Positions 60,280 through 64,000 of a stretch of 64,000 nucleotides of DNA are shown in pieces. The notes under the pieces were generated by a model. It was given only the letters and a program-made list of their open reading frames with translations. It had not been told where the DNA came from and searched no databases. Origin of the DNA: Vitrella brassicaformis CCMP3155 (taxonomy: Eukaryota; Protista; Chromerida); assembly GCA_001179505.1 (NCBI GenBank), contig CDMY01000405.1:248001-312000 (forward strand), given 5' to 3'. The number at the start of each line of letters is the position of its first letter. The stretch's first letter is position 1. The translations under genes and the position numbers were made by a program.

Positions 60280-62364
60280 ATGTGCAAGGCCGTCTGACTC
60301 ACACTTGGTCTCGCTGTGTCGTGTTTGCAGAACGCCCCAGTCGCTGAAGTGCCGGGCATGTCACTGCAGCCCTCGTCTCCCCTCTGGACCACACCCTGCA
60401 AAGGGCGCTCGAGCAGGACACCGTCCCTCAGTGAAGACAGCTTTCACAGTGCAAACTCGCCCATGAGGCGAATGCACACATCCTCACTGTCTTCACTGAC
60501 GCCACCTAAGCCAGAAAAGTTGCAGAGGCGTCGCAGCTGGCGGGATTTGAGAGACATTTTCGACGAAATCCAGCATGCAGCCTGCCTGGAGCACGCCGAG
60601 ATGGAAGGACGGAGAGCGAGACGGCGGAAAGGGGGCGGGCCGGCGGGCACGAGTTTCAAGAGAAGCGGCTCTACAGAGCACCATCAGGCAGCGCCAGCCT
60701 GCCGCCTGACCGTCGGCACCCTCCCTCTCAGCATTCAGCCCCCCGCCCCGTTTGAGTCTTCCTCCCCTGGCCCGTCAGCGCCTTCATCGGCCTCGTCGTC
60801 CGCCTCCCCCTACCGGCTGCCGCCACCCCGGTCGTCTCGCATTGTGCCAAGCAGAGGGGGGCCGGACACGTCCATGGCAAGAGGGCCACAGCAGACCGAT
60901 GAGGGAGACACAAGCAGAGGGCTCGTTGGGAGGGGGGCTGAAGAGCACCATGGAGGAGCAGGGGCCGGCAGTGCTGCATCAGATCATTTCTTACCCGAGC
61001 CGAATCCGCCCAGCCCCGCGATACCCAAATCGTGCGAACCAGAGGCTCACGTGCATCCGAAGCACACGACGAGAGAGAATGATGCGCCGGCGCCTTTGGC
61101 CTGGTCGCCTCTGCCACCATCTCTTCCACCGTGCCCGAGAACTGCAGAGGAGAAAGGCACCACATTTGCTCCGCAGTCGCCCCAAGATGACGACCTCCAA
61201 CAACAAAACGAGATTCTGCGGTATGCATTGGGTCGGGCGGAGGAGCAGCTGACGAGGATGCAGAGGGAGAAACGAGTCATCGTTCGGCGACTGGAGGACC
61301 TCAGGTCATGTCTAAACGAGCAGTCAGTCATCCTGCATGTTACGGAGAGGTCTCGAGCGACACTGGAGGCGTCACTGGCCGTCCTCAGACAGCAGGTCAA
61401 GGACCTAAAGGCGCGGCACGCTGCCATGCGGAAGGAGGCCGCCCAGACAACGGCAGCCTACGAGCAGGCCCTCAAGCTGGTGTGCGAGAAAGAGTCGCAA
61501 CTCAAGGACGAGATGGAGAGGAATGCCGCCCTCGCAGACACCAACAGGGCTGCCGAGCAGCAGGTGAAAACTCTCTCGGCGTCTCTGAAGGAAAAGAACG
61601 ACCACGTGAGAGCTCTAGAGGAGGAGGGAGACAAGAAGGACCAAACAATCACGGAAATGACAAGCCGCCTCGAGGCGGCGCTACTCGAAGTGGGAGCACT
61701 GAAGAGCGAGCTCAGGGAAGCACAAGAGGACATCGACACACACGAGGAGGCCACGTCTCAGAAACAGCAGGAGCTGGACGCCTTAACGGCGTCTCTGGAA
61801 CACGAACGCGCCGACAAGACCCGACAAGCCACCGCTCTCCAGGAACAGCTGCGTGAGGCGCGGGACCTTGCCGAGCAGCGGCAGAGAATAATCGTGGAAG
61901 TCACAAGTGCCGCGGCAGGCGAAGACGCCCTGCTAGTAGATGGGATGAGGGAAGAGCTGGAGCACCGGAGACAGGAGGACAGGAACCTGCAAGAGCTGTG
62001 CGCGACCCTCGCACAGAGACACGGCCTCTTGCCCTCTTCATGTAGTGACCCACAAGCAGTGCTCACATCGCTCTCTGAGAGGCTCATGCGGACGTCGCCT
62101 GACCAACCAGCACAGCCACCACCTCCAACAGCACCACCACAGGCTGCAGCAGCAGAGGGGGAGGGGGATCATTCGGCGTGTCAGCCGTCTTGTGTCGCTG
62201 AGTTGTTGCAGGAAAAGGTCAAGCGTCTCACACAGACGCTGAGGAAGGAGCGGGGTGCTGAGGCGGTGGAGGAGAGAGGGAGGGGGGCGGAGGTGTGTGG
62301 TGAGGATGGGTTGACGGGGGGTGAGGCGCACCCGGGGCTGAGGCTGAAATGGGGCGATGCGTGA
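60280..62364 (+). CDS. Low-complexity and long coiled-coil hypothetical protein
   Basis: A 2-kb uninterrupted ORF (60331-62364) with a heptad-rich region. The start is either a 12-nt exon at 60280 plus a 39-nt intron, or the ATG at 60358. Confidence 0.8.
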
Positions 62365-63073
62365 TCGAGTTCTCGGTGTTCGTAGGTTGTTTGTGTGTTC
62401 TGTTGCCAGAGATTGCTTTGGTCCAACATGTGAGTGACCTTTCGCGAATCTCAAAAAGGTATATTGATGGAATCGATGTGATTTATGTGTATGTCTGAAA
62501 GAGTGAGTGTACGTCTGTCTGGTGGGTGAGCAAAGGGTCCGATCCAGAGACCATGCATGGCACGACACGCAGGGAGGGGACGGACTCTACTTACTGTCTG
62601 TCTGTCTGTCTGTCTGTCTGTGAGTATGTGTACGCAGCAATCCAACGCATAGCGAAAATGACTGATAGGAAGAAAGAACAAGGCAGATCGAAGGAATAGA
62701 GATATATAAAGGGCGCCAGCTCGCGTGAGCTCAGCTTACATTGCCCTTGTACATACATACGTGCATATGAGTGGATGTATACGTACCGGCATGCATACGT
62801 ACGCAGTCAGTTAGTTACTTATTCATGCAGGCAAACAAACAAACAAGCATACAAACAAACATACGAACAAACCACCACATAAAATAAGCAAATCTAGCTT
62901 CTGAGAATGTCGTCACACCCATACCATCTGCTCACCCCACCCGTCCATCAATCACATCCAGCTGCATCCATGCAGCCACACCCACACCCACTAGCACGCG
63001 CGCATATATGCCACGCCCACACCCATCCTCTTGAAATCACTACCGACCATTTTTCCATCCATCCATCCATCCA

Positions 63074-64000
63074 TCACACGAGTCCCCCGTTCATCAGTGT
63101 GTCCTTGTCCCCCCCCATGTGCGCGTCAGGTGCCGTCTGTCGGCCCTCACTAGCCGTCGGCGTCTTCTTGCCGATCACCTGCCACTCACTACCCTCGCTC
63201 ACTGTGGCTGGCAGACCACCGCCACTACCGACACCACTGGCACCAACACCAACACCGGTAGACGGCGCGGCCATGTCGGCGCCGGCCGGCGGCATGGGAG
63301 AGTCCTCGTGCACCTCATACCTGAGACAGACAACACACACCACACCATCCACACCACACCATCCACACAACCGTATGTGTAGACGCATAGCTGGGGCTTC
63401 GGTAAGGTAAGCTGACTGACCCTCTGGCAACGCCGTTGTTGGAATGGTTGTGTAGGTGGTTGTTGAGCTGAGCCTGGGGGTAGTCGATGGGGTGCACCAC
63501 CGCAGGCAGTCCTAGGTACCCACTACCACTACCAGCACCGGTCCCATATTCCTCACCGCCACCGCCACTGGCACCGACGGAAGTGTGTGCGGCCATGGGC
63601 ATAGAGGAAGGCGGGAAGAGGAGGTCGCTGCCGTTGCCGTCCGCCTCCATCCCCACCTCATCCTCACGCATCATCAGCTGTGAGGACGGCCCACCCACAC
63701 CCACACCTTCGCCTACACCTAAACCCACACCCACACCCACGCCGTCCTCGGCCTCGCCCATCGCGCCCATCGCCCCTGCTGATGCTGCAGCAGCTGCCGA
63801 TGAGCCGTGATGATGCCGCTGCTGCTGGTGGTGATGTCTCATGAATGACCGGCCATTGATATGGTCGCTGTCCATCGAGGATGAGCTCCCACTGCTGCTA
63901 TCCCAGTCGATGGCTGCGTCGCGGTGGTGGTGGTCATGGTGATGGTCGTGATGGCGGTGCTGGTGCTGGTGCGGCAGCCCTCCACCAGGCAGGTTGGTGA
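63074..64000 (-). CDS. 3' part of a Gly/His-rich low-complexity protein (gene starts beyond the window)
   Basis: Open exon to ...NNGVARG, then a final exon YEVHEDSPMPPAG...NGGLV*. Confidence 0.6.

Noticed and set aside
1-64000. CRISPR arrays, rRNA, and selenocysteine or readthrough stops
   Set aside because: None seen; all gene models closed without needing in-frame stop readthrough.

Overview
Compact, intron-rich, GC-rich eukaryotic genomic DNA. Inference: a chromerid alga of the Vitrella type, judged from short introns full of (GT)n/(CA)n/(CTGT)n repeats and BTB/TLDc family genes. I spliced the gene models by hand, so minor exon boundaries may be wrong, and CDS coordinates are whole gene spans including introns. 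The window has about 26 protein-coding genes, one tRNA-Pro(UGG) and a 300-N assembly gap. Recognisable genes: TAF8-like histone fold, inositol polyphosphate kinase, F-box/kelch, PTPA, GH35 beta-galactosidase, BTB-TLDc, PDK1-like kinase, rhomboid protease, class III nucleotide cyclase, divergent aquaporin, hemerythrin-like protein and WD40 protein. Main unexplained signals: (1) a single-ORF fusion of a THI5/CA3427-like binding-protein domain to a SAM methyltransferase; (2) the octamer TGCGAGCT in 8 of 9 short head-to-head promoters; (3) introns polarised with CA repeats at the 5' end and complementary GT repeats at the 3' end; (4) a palindromic duplication plus a diverged third member of an unknown small-protein family; (5) PIP-box motifs on an F-box/kelch protein.
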